From: a virus
Virus record (IMG/VR): IMGVR_UViG_3300028534_000016
Span: 1 to 28,151 of that record
Reading direction: 5' to 3' (one strand)
Length of the DNA: 28,151 nucleotides
Under the pieces are notes generated by a model that was given only the letters and a program-made list of their open reading frames with translations, searched no databases and was not told the origin of the DNA. Below, one piece after another: positions 17,463-26,947 of this stretch. Every line of letters starts with the position of its first letter. Position 1 is the first letter of the stretch. Made by a program: the position numbers and the translations under genes.

Positions 17463-18015
17463 GATACCCCGCTAATCCATTTTCAGCATCAATAGAATAT
17501 CCTAATAGTTTTAATAACCATTTAACGTCATCTTGTGACCATTGTTTTAAAAGTACTTCTGTTAAGTCTTTAATATCTAAAGTATCTAACTTTTGTTTAG
17601 CAAAGATAACATATTTAGAAGTTTTATTAAAACGTTTGTCAGCATGACTAATTGGGTCTTCTTCACGCAACTTTTTTAAACGCTTTATTATGTTTTTAGG
17701 CAGAACATAATCATCGGTAGGTACTATTTTTGCTTTGTGTAGATCTACAGGCGGTTGTTCCAACAGATGATTAAGTGTGATACGTTTAGTCATTTCTCTC
17801 CTTACCAAGATATGGCATTTATGTTCTTCAGTATAAACTGATACGGTAGCGTAACATATTCCATTAAATTTACCAGATATAATAATATCATAACTATATT
17901 CTTCTAAATCTATATTAAATAAATTCATAGCTAGTTTAATAGCTGTTCCCTCTATACCTTTGTTTAGTCTTTCTGATTGTTTTTTAGACAACAGTGCTTC
18001 TACTTTATGATTCAT
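17440..18015 (-). CDS. hypothetical protein
   Basis: ORF track; start moved to MNHKVE (AAGGA RBS). Confidence 0.7.
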   Translation of the reverse strand: MNHKVEALLSKKQSERLNKGIEGTAIKLAMNLFNIDLEEYSYDIIISGKFNGICYATVSVYTEEHKCHILVRREMTKRITLNHLLEQPPVDLHKAKIVPTDDYVLPKNIIKRLKKLREEDPISHADKRFNKTSKYVIFAKQKLDTLDIKDLTEVLLKQWSQDDVKWLLKLLGYSIDAENGLAGYRVYEITY

Positions 18016-18415
18016 TCTTATCCTTAGTTTGTATTGTTTCATTAAGTAACTCACAGATAGCATGTGCTTGATTTATTTCACTTGTAGCAAACATATCTGT
18101 AATAGTTACATTTTTACATTTTTCTTGTAGTTCCTTAAAGAGTTTAGGATTCTCTTTAAAATAGATTCTCCATAGTTCTAAGTACTTCATCCAAAGATCA
18201 TCAGGGTTAAGATTATTGAGTGGTGGTTTACCTTTACCTACCCGCCAATCAAAAGAAATCTTATCATAACCTTTAACTTTAAGTTGGTACATCTCTTCAA
18301 TAGTATAACCATTCTTTAAACGAGCTATAAGTGAGCTACAGCGTTTATCTCCTTTACTGCTAACCTCATAGTATGGTTCACCTTTTTTAACTCTTCTAGC
18401 CCATTTATACATCAT
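18005..18415 (-). CDS. phage protein, possibly NADAR-like
   Basis: YEVSSKGDKR.S....L....TIEE.YQ..VKG, Y..LW......NP, TD.F.....NQA; the fold call is tentative. Confidence 0.45.
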   Translation of the reverse strand: MMYKWARRVKKGEPYYEVSSKGDKRCSSLIARLKNGYTIEEMYQLKVKGYDKISFDWRVGKGKPPLNNLNPDDLWMKYLELWRIYFKENPKLFKELQEKCKNVTITDMFATSEINQAHAICELLNETIQTKDKNES

Positions 18416-18827
18416 CTTTACTTTCAGTAATTACTCCATTAGTTGCACGAAGTTCTTTCTTGGTAATTAACTCATTTAGATAAGTTAAAATATCGTCTCG
18501 TTTAAATTTCTGTAAGAGTGTATACAGTATTACATTTTTGTTTCTTTCAGTAAGTATCATTTTAGCCACAACATTAGTAGTATAACTAATAAATGATTCC
18601 ATATTGTAATTACCTTTATAACTGTATGCTAAAGAATTAAGTGGTTCTTTAATAACAACTGGTACAATATATAAGTTATTAAAATAATAAGTATCTATAT
18701 TTTTTATAACCCAAATGTTAGCTTCTCTAGATGCTTTATCTTCAGATAACCCATTTAGTCTTTGTTCTATGTATTTCTGATCATACAGTAATTGATATAA
18801 CTCTCTTTTATTTTCTGGACATTTCAT
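18405..18827 (-). CDS. hypothetical protein
   Basis: ORF track; GAGGAG RBS; first gene after a promoter motif. Confidence 0.75.
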   Translation of the reverse strand: MKCPENKRELYQLLYDQKYIEQRLNGLSEDKASREANIWVIKNIDTYYFNNLYIVPVVIKEPLNSLAYSYKGNYNMESFISYTTNVVAKMILTERNKNVILYTLLQKFKRDDILTYLNELITKKELRATNGVITESKDDV

Positions 18828-18854
18828 TTTATTCTCCTCTTATGTTATGTGTTC

Positions 18855-18877
18855 TATTTAAATAATATATGATTAAA
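18855..18877 (-). promoter_or_regulatory. putative early promoter
   Basis: Identical to 446-468. Confidence 0.75.
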
Positions 18878-18926
18878 TATTTGTAACAAATTACTTCAAT
18901 AGAAACAACAACACAAAAGGCAAAAT

Positions 18927-20249
18927 ATGAATATACCAACTATAAAACATAATGTTGTAAAAAGAGATATCGTTACATTTGAATTACTAGATTTACCTAA
19001 CAGTGATTATTTTAGTATAGATATATCTTTTTGTACAAGTACTAAAGTAGAAGAAGATTATAAAAAGATTTATGGTAAAGAGATATTCGGAGCAACACAT
19101 CTATTGGAGCATATGTCTTTTAAAAGTACATTAGATTATGATACTAAGGAAGTAGAGTCTCTGTTACGTAATTATTCAAAACATAATGCAACTACTGGGT
19201 TTAGTAACTTAAGATTCTTTGCTACTACATCTACAGAGTACAGTAACCTAATAGCTAGAGTAATAACTAATATTGCTTATAATACACTTAATAAAGTAAA
19301 TGAGGAAGAATTTGAAACAGAGAAAGGCGTAGTACTTAATGAGTTAAGAAGATATCTTAATGACAGAAACACTACCACTTATTTTAATTATGTGGATAAG
19401 GTATTACATAATGGTGTAGGTAATAATCTTATGGGTACATTAGAAACTGTTGAAAATATTACTTTAGAAGATTTACAAAGACTAAAAGCTATGTTATTAA
19501 CACATAATAAGATAACTGTTTCATTAACTTATGATAGTAGTACTGATTTAGATATCGAACACCTTATGAATGCTATCGAAAAAGATATAGAAATAATTAC
19601 AATGGGTATAAAAGAAGAATATAGACATATTGATTATGTTTATAATAATCCAGAAAACACTTTAAAAGAACCAGGTAAATATATTCTTACGGATGAAAAA
19701 GTAAGAGAAGAAAATAGCATCATACACATCACTACAGACAGTACAACTAATGATAGAGTTAGAGGAATAGCTTTTGATCTATTAAACAAAATATCTCCAG
19801 ATACTAGTTTTAAATATTATTATAGAGAAAAACACGGAATTACATATGGTGCCAGTATTGGCAGTATGCGTAATGGTTATAACAATAACTATACTGTATT
19901 TAATGTTGATGTTAAATCATCAGATGTAGATTTAGCTATAGACCTTTATCCTAAGGTACTTAAAGAAACGTTAGAAATATTAGACGAGGAGTTATATGAT
20001 AAAGTCATTAACAAAATGATACTTGACGAAATAACCAATCTTAATCTTAATAAGCATTCACATATTTTTTTAGATAGACTATATGAAAAAGAAACATTTG
20101 TAGCATTAAAGGATATATCTAATACTGATTTAACTAAGTATAGTAAGGAAGCTATAGAGAGATTATCTACTTTAGAGAAAGTGAGAAGTTTTATTAAAGA
20201 GTTATTAGATAAGCACACAAATAATGAAACAGTTATTACAATTAGTTAA
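18927..20249 (+). CDS. M16 (insulinase) family zinc peptidase
   Basis: GATHLLEHMSF inverted HxxEH, NATT, EKGVVLNE third ligand, C-domain REKHGITY. Confidence 0.9.
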   Translation: MNIPTIKHNVVKRDIVTFELLDLPNSDYFSIDISFCTSTKVEEDYKKIYGKEIFGATHLLEHMSFKSTLDYDTKEVESLLRNYSKHNATTGFSNLRFFATTSTEYSNLIARVITNIAYNTLNKVNEEEFETEKGVVLNELRRYLNDRNTTTYFNYVDKVLHNGVGNNLMGTLETVENITLEDLQRLKAMLLTHNKITVSLTYDSSTDLDIEHLMNAIEKDIEIITMGIKEEYRHIDYVYNNPENTLKEPGKYILTDEKVREENSIIHITTDSTTNDRVRGIAFDLLNKISPDTSFKYYYREKHGITYGASIGSMRNGYNNNYTVFNVDVKSSDVDLAIDLYPKVLKETLEILDEELYDKVINKMILDEITNLNLNKHSHIFLDRLYEKETFVALKDISNTDLTKYSKEAIERLSTLEKVRSFIKELLDKHTNNETVITIS

Positions 20250-20287
20250 TAAGATATAGTATAGCTAATAGCTATACTATATCTTAT
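20249..20287. terminator. palindromic hairpin, family copy 6
   Basis: ataagatatagtatagct-aat-agctatactatatcttat, 18-bp stem between convergent genes. Confidence 0.78.
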
Positions 20288-20886
20288 ATGTGTTTTATTT
20301 TATAATAAATACTTTTTTTAACTGGTATCCATTTTAAAATACCACTAACAAAAACTAATTCATTATTGTAATGTTTGTATCCATAAAACAAATTAAAGTT
20401 ATTCATATCACTAACATATTGTTGTATGTATAATAACGGAATAATGTTTTTATTTATCTTAGGATGCATAGTATTTGAACTAATTAATGGTTTATTAACC
20501 GTTTCTAATTTAAAATATTTATCTATTAAATAAGTAACATAGTTATCCAATACGTTATCAGGATAAACATGGTCTACTCTGAAGTTCCATATAGTATTGG
20601 CATCAACAATATCATTGTCTACAGTATCATCTAACCATATCCATATAGTCCATTTATACCATTGGTATTCTAACCAGTCTAGTAACTTATTTTTAAAAGT
20701 TTGTTTAGGTAATACCTTATCTTTATTAAAGAAAGCTACCTCTATATTTTTGCGCTTAAAATATGAATAAACAACATTCCTTGCCTTTTCTCTATATGGA
20801 TAAACTAAATAAATCATAATCGGATTTAATAGCTTAACCAATAGAGATGTTAGTGTGATGATGATGTAGTACGTGTATTTTTTCAT
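20284..20886 (-). CDS. hypothetical protein with N-terminal membrane anchor
   Basis: ORF track; hydrophobic N-terminus; TAATG coupling to the upstream gene. Confidence 0.7.
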   Translation of the reverse strand: MKKYTYYIIITLTSLLVKLLNPIMIYLVYPYREKARNVVYSYFKRKNIEVAFFNKDKVLPKQTFKNKLLDWLEYQWYKWTIWIWLDDTVDNDIVDANTIWNFRVDHVYPDNVLDNYVTYLIDKYFKLETVNKPLISSNTMHPKINKNIIPLLYIQQYVSDMNNFNLFYGYKHYNNELVFVSGILKWIPVKKSIYYKIKHI

Positions 20887-21857
20887 TAGTAACTCTTTTC
20901 GTTAACGTAATGCTCTACAGCACTAATGAATTCTTTCAGTTTTAATTTAGTTTTGTTAGTGTCTAAAATGTTAGCTAGTCTTGTTTTCTTATATGTTTTA
21001 TTGTTACTAGCACTAAACATCATAGCGATCCATGTAGGGATATGTTCAGTACCCATTAAGATAGTTTCACTGGCACCAGGACCATACCAACTATTACTAA
21101 TGATATTAATAACTACATTAGTATTAATTAAACCAGATTTAGCTTCACCTACAGCTATCTTAATGTTTTCCACTAAACCATCTAATTCTAATGTAGTGAT
21201 ATCTAATTTATTAACAATAGATTCAACTACATTCTTGTTAATAGGTAAAGATAACTTAGTATTTAAAATCTTATTTTTAACAGTAGCCACATCGCTCATA
21301 TCAGGAGTTCCGTTAACATGCATCATATAGAAATAAAATAGTGAAGCAATTTCAACATTCAATTTCTCTACAGGACTTAACATTAACGCGCTTGTTAAAC
21401 TAGTACTTACCCAGAAAGCAAAACCAGCAGCATAATTCTTTTGAACATTTCTTAATACACCATAGTTCTCTTCTAAGAAATCTAGTGTTAGTAATGTTCT
21501 AACTATGGTAAACTCAAATCCACCACCATCTCTAATGATATCTTTTAGATTAGTGAAATCACCTTTTTTAGGATTTACAAATTTACGTAAATCAACTGCT
21601 AAGATATTATTGTTTCTAACATCTTGAAATGCTAAAGGATGTTCCCATAACGGCAACTTTTGTTCTTCATCATTTTTACCAGTAATAAATACTAACTTAG
21701 TATCTGTACCATTTTCATATTCGTAATTAAGATTGTTGTCATCAGCTTCTACAAGATATTTACTAATCGCGTCAGTAATTTTACTTGTATTAATCATGCT
21801 ACCTATAGATGTTTCATATGGGTCTACTATTGTCTCTAACGATAATTCTTTTTCCAT
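20886..21857 (-). CDS. conserved phiKZ-like phage protein (probably virion-associated)
   Basis: PYETS, P.W.HP, VDLR, EHIPTWIAM motifs recalled from phiKZ-like phage proteins; not verified by search. Confidence 0.55.
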   Translation of the reverse strand: MEKELSLETIVDPYETSIGSMINTSKITDAISKYLVEADDNNLNYEYENGTDTKLVFITGKNDEEQKLPLWEHPLAFQDVRNNNILAVDLRKFVNPKKGDFTNLKDIIRDGGGFEFTIVRTLLTLDFLEENYGVLRNVQKNYAAGFAFWVSTSLTSALMLSPVEKLNVEIASLFYFYMMHVNGTPDMSDVATVKNKILNTKLSLPINKNVVESIVNKLDITTLELDGLVENIKIAVGEAKSGLINTNVVINIISNSWYGPGASETILMGTEHIPTWIAMMFSASNNKTYKKTRLANILDTNKTKLKLKEFISAVEHYVNEKSY

Positions 21858-21961
21858 TGTATTAACCTTATAATATATTTAATCAAGAAATAGTGGTCTT
21901 CATTAATTAGTTCTTTTTTGTTCTTTCACATTTCTTTGAATATTTAACGGAGGTATTACTT

Positions 21962-22309
21962 ATGGCGATGTTAAGCATCATAGATTATATAGACATTAAC
22001 TGTAAAGGTTATCATAACGCCACAACATGGCAGGTAGCATTAGATCCTGACTTTACACAAATCATAGATGAATCTATTGAAGATAAAGTAAATGTACAAA
22101 CATGGCACACTATGTTACCTAAAATAGATGGTAGTGGTTATTACGCTGATCTAGATAATCTATATGCTAGAGCAAAAGTACATATAGATAACTCTGTTTC
22201 AGAATGGTTTATAATGGAACCTAAAAATCAAAACAAACAAAAAATTATAGTAACTGAATTAGATGGTACTTTAACAGAGTACGACAGTATTGAAGACAAT
22301 TTTAATTAA
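21962..22309 (+). CDS. virion structural protein, single Ig/Fn3-like domain
   Basis: HNATTWQVALDPDF...LYARAK...SEW, paralogous to the N-terminus of the next gene; GGAGG RBS. Confidence 0.6.
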   Translation: MAMLSIIDYIDINCKGYHNATTWQVALDPDFTQIIDESIEDKVNVQTWHTMLPKIDGSGYYADLDNLYARAKVHIDNSVSEWFIMEPKNQNKQKIIVTELDGTLTEYDSIEDNFN

Positions 22310-22320
22310 TAGGAAATAGA

Positions 22321-24582
22321 ATGGCAAATATTAAAATAAGCATAGACGCACCAATATTACCAGATGGTAGTGGGTTAGTGCATGAATCGACAGATTGGAG
22401 AATTTCTAGATATCCTGATTTTACAAGAACGGAGTATCTTGTTTATGAATCATTAGCAGATACAGAAAATTTAACTACACTATATTATAACGACGAATTA
22501 GATACTGCACTTTATGTAATCGTTAGATATAATTATAATAACGGATTATCTTCTGAATGGTCAAGAACTATACCTATTAAATCAGGACAAGTTGGATTTA
22601 AAGTATCTTCTACTGTAGTACTCACACCTAAAGTAGATGCTAAAGTTCTTATAACAAATAGAACTAAAGAAGTTAAGATAGAATCTTCTCCTATGAAATT
22701 ATACGCTGGTGTAGGTGAACATATTGCTACTTCTTATCTTATCGAAGATGGTAACGGTAATGTTGTTTTTTCTAGAGAAGAGGACAAAGAAAATTTAACT
22801 AGTTTAACTTTAAATTATGATTTTTTTAAAGATGACAAAGTATTTGTTGTTAGAGTTAAGTATCATACTGATGTAAATGTTGAGAGTAATTATGGTACAT
22901 ATTTACTAGATACCGATATTACTAATAATAATGTTTATGATGTCAAGTTAGTTAATACTCCTAAATTAGAATCTGACGTATATTTAGAAGTAATTCCTTT
23001 TGTTTCAGATTTCTATAGTATGGATGTAATTATTCAAGACCTGAATGGTTTAACTGTAGCAAGTAATTTAGGACAAACTACATTAACTCCTGTTATTAGT
23101 ACTAACGGATTAAGTATAGGTGAAGATTACTGTATCTTAACACGCATGCGTTTTACCAATAACGTAGTTAGCCCGTATTATAAAGTATGGTGCGGGTCAT
23201 TAGTAGATAATGTAATCTTACCTAAAGATCCTAATGCTACATATATTAACGAATATACTTTTACACAGGAGTTCTTACTAAAAGGATATACTGTACAATC
23301 TAGTATAGAGTTAGTGAATGGTGATATTCTTTTAACTAAACACCATGATAATAACATCTATTACTATACTATGTACGCTGATACATTAGTAGAAAGAGGA
23401 ATAGTTGGTTCTCTTAATGGTTACTCTGATTTAATGGACGAACAATACTTAAACTTTATTCCTCTAAGTAATGGTAAATTCATAATCGATTATTATGCTG
23501 TTAGTGAAGTACATAGCGGTAGTCCGTTATATAATGACATCATTAGTGGTGACACAGATAGCACAGTAACTATCGTTGATGATGGTGAGAATATTATTAA
23601 ATATGCTCCTAGATTTGCTTTATTTTCTTATGACCCTGTTAACCATATTTTAACTAAAGAACAAGAAGTTATTAGGGAAGATGAAGAGTATACTACTTCT
23701 GTAGCTAACTCATATGAAGTTATGGGTGATTATATTTACTATATTCCCGCTATGTATAGTGACGGTAGTACATTAAGTATTAGAACTGTAAATATTAATG
23801 ATTTAACAATCACTACTAAAGAAGTTCTTCCTGATGAGAATATTAAAGCATATGCCAACTTAGCATACTATAGTCCTACACAATTAATGATTACAGGCGG
23901 TGCTACTTTACCTTACCAAGTAGATAATAATCCTATTACTGCTGATAGAGTAAATGATATAGTTTGGTTATATGATATCAATACTGGTACATATATTGAA
24001 CTAACAACATTACCAGCAATGGATACTTCTTTATTCTGTTTACAATCATATGTGTTGCGTAATTATGATATTATGTTTGTAAATGGAGTTTATAGTGGTG
24101 CTAGTTTAGGGAATCAAGATACATATATTTATGATGTTTCAGAACAAACATTTATTGTACAAAATATCGATATGTTTGATTCTATGGCTTATCGTAATAC
24201 TGTAAGACTACGTAAAGGTGATGTTTTACGTATTTCAAGTAGAACTACTGATCCACAATTAGTATACCTATATCCTGCTACTAGAGCAGATGAAATTATC
24301 ATTGCTAGTAATGATAGTGTAGATAGAGTTACTAACCTAGTTGTTAATGCTGGTGAAACTATTACTATAACTAACCCATACCTCTACGATACTGTAGATG
24401 TCTTAGGTACTAGTGATACAGATACTGGTGTGTTACAATGGTTAGATGGCGAAACTATTCTTGAGTTCAGATATAAAGATCTATTAGTTCCACATGATAG
24501 AACTTTAACAGAATCTGAAGCTGCTAAATATGACACAATTACTACGTTAGCTGGTGCTACTTTAACTGTTGTTCCTGACTAA
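22321..24582 (+). CDS. tail/baseplate-associated protein (Ig/Fn3-like repeats plus kelch-like propeller)
   Basis: HESTDWRIS...SEWS and HIATSYLI repeats; LMITGG...VWLYD and MFVNG...TYIYD blades; acidic, Thr-rich. Confidence 0.6.
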   Translation: MANIKISIDAPILPDGSGLVHESTDWRISRYPDFTRTEYLVYESLADTENLTTLYYNDELDTALYVIVRYNYNNGLSSEWSRTIPIKSGQVGFKVSSTVVLTPKVDAKVLITNRTKEVKIESSPMKLYAGVGEHIATSYLIEDGNGNVVFSREEDKENLTSLTLNYDFFKDDKVFVVRVKYHTDVNVESNYGTYLLDTDITNNNVYDVKLVNTPKLESDVYLEVIPFVSDFYSMDVIIQDLNGLTVASNLGQTTLTPVISTNGLSIGEDYCILTRMRFTNNVVSPYYKVWCGSLVDNVILPKDPNATYINEYTFTQEFLLKGYTVQSSIELVNGDILLTKHHDNNIYYYTMYADTLVERGIVGSLNGYSDLMDEQYLNFIPLSNGKFIIDYYAVSEVHSGSPLYNDIISGDTDSTVTIVDDGENIIKYAPRFALFSYDPVNHILTKEQEVIREDEEYTTSVANSYEVMGDYIYYIPAMYSDGSTLSIRTVNINDLTITTKEVLPDENIKAYANLAYYSPTQLMITGGATLPYQVDNNPITADRVNDIVWLYDINTGTYIELTTLPAMDTSLFCLQSYVLRNYDIMFVNGVYSGASLGNQDTYIYDVSEQTFIVQNIDMFDSMAYRNTVRLRKGDVLRISSRTTDPQLVYLYPATRADEIIIASNDSVDRVTNLVVNAGETITITNPYLYDTVDVLGTSDTDTGVLQWLDGETILEFRYKDLLVPHDRTLTESEAAKYDTITTLAGATLTVVPD

Positions 24583-24597
24583 TAATATTGAAATGAC

Positions 24598-24631
24598 TAT
24601 ACTACTAAGAGCTATAGCTCTTAGTAGTATA
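24598..24631. terminator. perfect 34-bp palindrome, family copy 7
   Basis: tatactactaagagcta|tagctcttagtagtata between convergent genes. Confidence 0.78.
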
Positions 24632-24633
24632 TA

Positions 24634-25845
24634 TTAATTTTGTTTTTTAACTATAGCTCTTAAAAAGAAATAGAGTATTAGTCCTGAAACTAAAGTAACT
24701 AGTATCCAGCTTGTTTTCTTGTTACTATATTTTTTAGCTACCTTATTAAAATCTTTTTTAATACGCAATATCTTTTTATTCTTATTCTTAGAATTATTCC
24801 AATAATTTTTAATCATAGATAATATATCTAAGATATCATCCATATAATTATTTTGGTAACCTTTACTATTAAGGTATTCTAGATTAACTGTAATAGAATA
24901 ACTGATGTCATCTTTAATTTTCTTAATACCATCTAAATCATTACTTAAATTGTATAATGTGGTTTTAAGTATCTCTTTATCTAAATTAGGCAATACAGTA
25001 CTTACTAAAGTTAGTACGTCATCTTTAATTAAGTCATTAGGTTTATCGATAACATCCATTAAATATTTAACATAACTATCTGGTCTATCTGTTATGTCTC
25101 TAATGCTAGTATCTCCTTCACTATCAGTTTGGTTAAGGCTAGTTGATAATATCCCAGTATCTTCATTAATGACTTCCATCATAACACCATATACATTTTT
25201 AAAGATATCTCTAACTCTACCTTGTACATCATTAGTTATGAGAATACTATTATCAGTATTTAAACGTTTGAGTTCTTTAACATGTAATCCGTTAGGAGGT
25301 AATACATCTAAGGCTCTATATTCGAATACCGCATTCCAACTTCCTAACTTTTTAAGTAAGAATCTATTACTCAATCTTTCATATGTTGCTTTAGCTACTG
25401 ATTCTTTTACTTTGTGCTTAAAACCATTACTGATTAAACTACTAATAGCTTTATATGCAAAAATATAGTATAGTTCTCTTAAAGCATCTTCAGTATTTTT
25501 ACCTACAGTACCTTTAGTTAAAAATGAATGCATTAAATATACTATGGTTTGGTATAGTGGATTACTACTAACTTTCCAACTAGGGTTAATTCCTTTAACA
25601 CTGTGTATATCTGAACGTAATTCGTTTTGGTCAATACCTAATATATCGTTAAAGAAAATATCTTCATCACGACTACTAAATCTAATATCATGTAACCCTA
25701 ATAAGTTACCTCCTAAGAATTCGATATATTCATCACTTTTAGTAGACCAATTGATTCTAAATATTTTAATTTTCTTATAAAGTTCATTATCATATTTTGT
25801 ACCCGCTAAATGCTTAGCGAATACATCCTTTATATCTTTATACAT
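24634..25845 (-). CDS. conserved phiKZ-like phage protein
   Basis: EFLGGNLLGLH.IRF, WKVSSNP, LS.RF.LK..GSW, D.Q.R.R motifs recalled from phiKZ-like core proteins; function not assigned. Confidence 0.6.
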   Translation of the reverse strand: MYKDIKDVFAKHLAGTKYDNELYKKIKIFRINWSTKSDEYIEFLGGNLLGLHDIRFSSRDEDIFFNDILGIDQNELRSDIHSVKGINPSWKVSSNPLYQTIVYLMHSFLTKGTVGKNTEDALRELYYIFAYKAISSLISNGFKHKVKESVAKATYERLSNRFLLKKLGSWNAVFEYRALDVLPPNGLHVKELKRLNTDNSILITNDVQGRVRDIFKNVYGVMMEVINEDTGILSTSLNQTDSEGDTSIRDITDRPDSYVKYLMDVIDKPNDLIKDDVLTLVSTVLPNLDKEILKTTLYNLSNDLDGIKKIKDDISYSITVNLEYLNSKGYQNNYMDDILDILSMIKNYWNNSKNKNKKILRIKKDFNKVAKKYSNKKTSWILVTLVSGLILYFFLRAIVKKQN

Positions 25846-26006
25846 TATTTCTTTCCGTATGTTTTATTTAACTGTTTTGAAACATTTTCAGCTATAGAAG
25901 GTTCTTTATCTTTTTCTGTTTTAGTTAAATTGACTTCTATTTTTTTAGGAGGTTCTTTTATCTTAATCTGCATACCAGTACCAGTTACTTGTGGTTCTAA
26001 TTCCAT
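25845..26006 (-). CDS. hypothetical protein (53 aa)
   Basis: Hand-translated MELEPQVTGTGMQIKIKEPPKK...; AAAGGA RBS; TAATG overlap with the next gene. Confidence 0.65.
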   Translation of the reverse strand: MELEPQVTGTGMQIKIKEPPKKIEVNLTKTEKDKEPSIAENVSKQLNKTYGKK

Positions 26007-26015
26007 AATATTCCT

Positions 26016-26615
26016 TTAATTGGTCTCGTCATTTAAGAGAACAGGACTAATGTCCCATACTTCATTATTATAATTATATGTTGCTGTTTGATAGATTTTA
26101 TCACCATTAATATTGATAGCAGTCCATGTTAATGTACAATTACCATATATCTCAACAACAGGAGCTGGGGATATATGTAAGTTATCATCGCCTCTATCTT
26201 TACCATTATAAGCAATACCTATCATATTAGCATCACCATTGATTTCAAAATTAACATCTTTATAGTTCTTATTAGGTATTTCCCAAAATAAAATAATATC
26301 ATTTTGATGTATAGTACTATAATCGATACCTATAGAATAAATATTGTTTCCTAATTTATCTTTATTAATATTTCCATTTACTTTATCTCTATTTGGTATT
26401 AATACATAGTTATTCTTTTCAAATACATATGTGTCAGATATATCTTTAGGTTTAGCTATCTTAGGAGATACTCTGCCTAACCAATATCCAAATAACTTAC
26501 CTTCAGTACCGTGTTTAACATTGAAGAATAATCTATCTCCCTTATTGTTATAAAATGCCTGTGCCTTCATTGGCTCAATACCTGTCCACGTTAACTTCTT
26601 AATTTTCATATACAA
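26016..26615 (-). CDS. hypothetical beta-rich protein
   Basis: ORF track; AAGGA RBS. Confidence 0.75.
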   Translation of the reverse strand: MYMKIKKLTWTGIEPMKAQAFYNNKGDRLFFNVKHGTEGKLFGYWLGRVSPKIAKPKDISDTYVFEKNNYVLIPNRDKVNGNINKDKLGNNIYSIGIDYSTIHQNDIILFWEIPNKNYKDVNFEINGDANMIGIAYNGKDRGDDNLHISPAPVVEIYGNCTLTWTAININGDKIYQTATYNYNNEVWDISPVLLNDETN

Positions 26616-26674
26616 TTCCTTCGATTAATTTCAATCATTAAGTAGTTTGTAAATAGTTTTTGTACTAAGAGAAT

Positions 26675-26947
26675 ATGAGTGAAAGGTTAACCATGAAAGA
26701 AAAATTACATAATTTTAATATAAAAATAAAAACACAACAGAAACAAAGAATAAGAAATTTAACAGAATTACAAACTAATATACTTGTAAATAGAACCGAT
26801 AATGATCCTTTACCATATGTTATACCTAGATTAAATATTGAAGAAGATTTATATAAGTTAAAAGACGTAGATAAAGCGGGAGAGTTAATAGCTAAACATA
26901 TAAAAGAAAATAAACACATAGCTTTAATTACAGACTATGACGCGGAT
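26675..26947 (+). CDS. recJ: RecJ ssDNA exonuclease (DHH family), exon 1
   Basis: Ends with HIALITDYDAD, the first part of DHH motif I. Confidence 0.9.

Noticed and set aside
3473-24631. Palindromes as CRISPR repeats, integron attC sites or MITEs
   Set aside because: They are not regularly spaced, their sequences differ, and there are no GTTRRRY boxes with extrahelical bases, target-site duplications or nearby integrase/transposase
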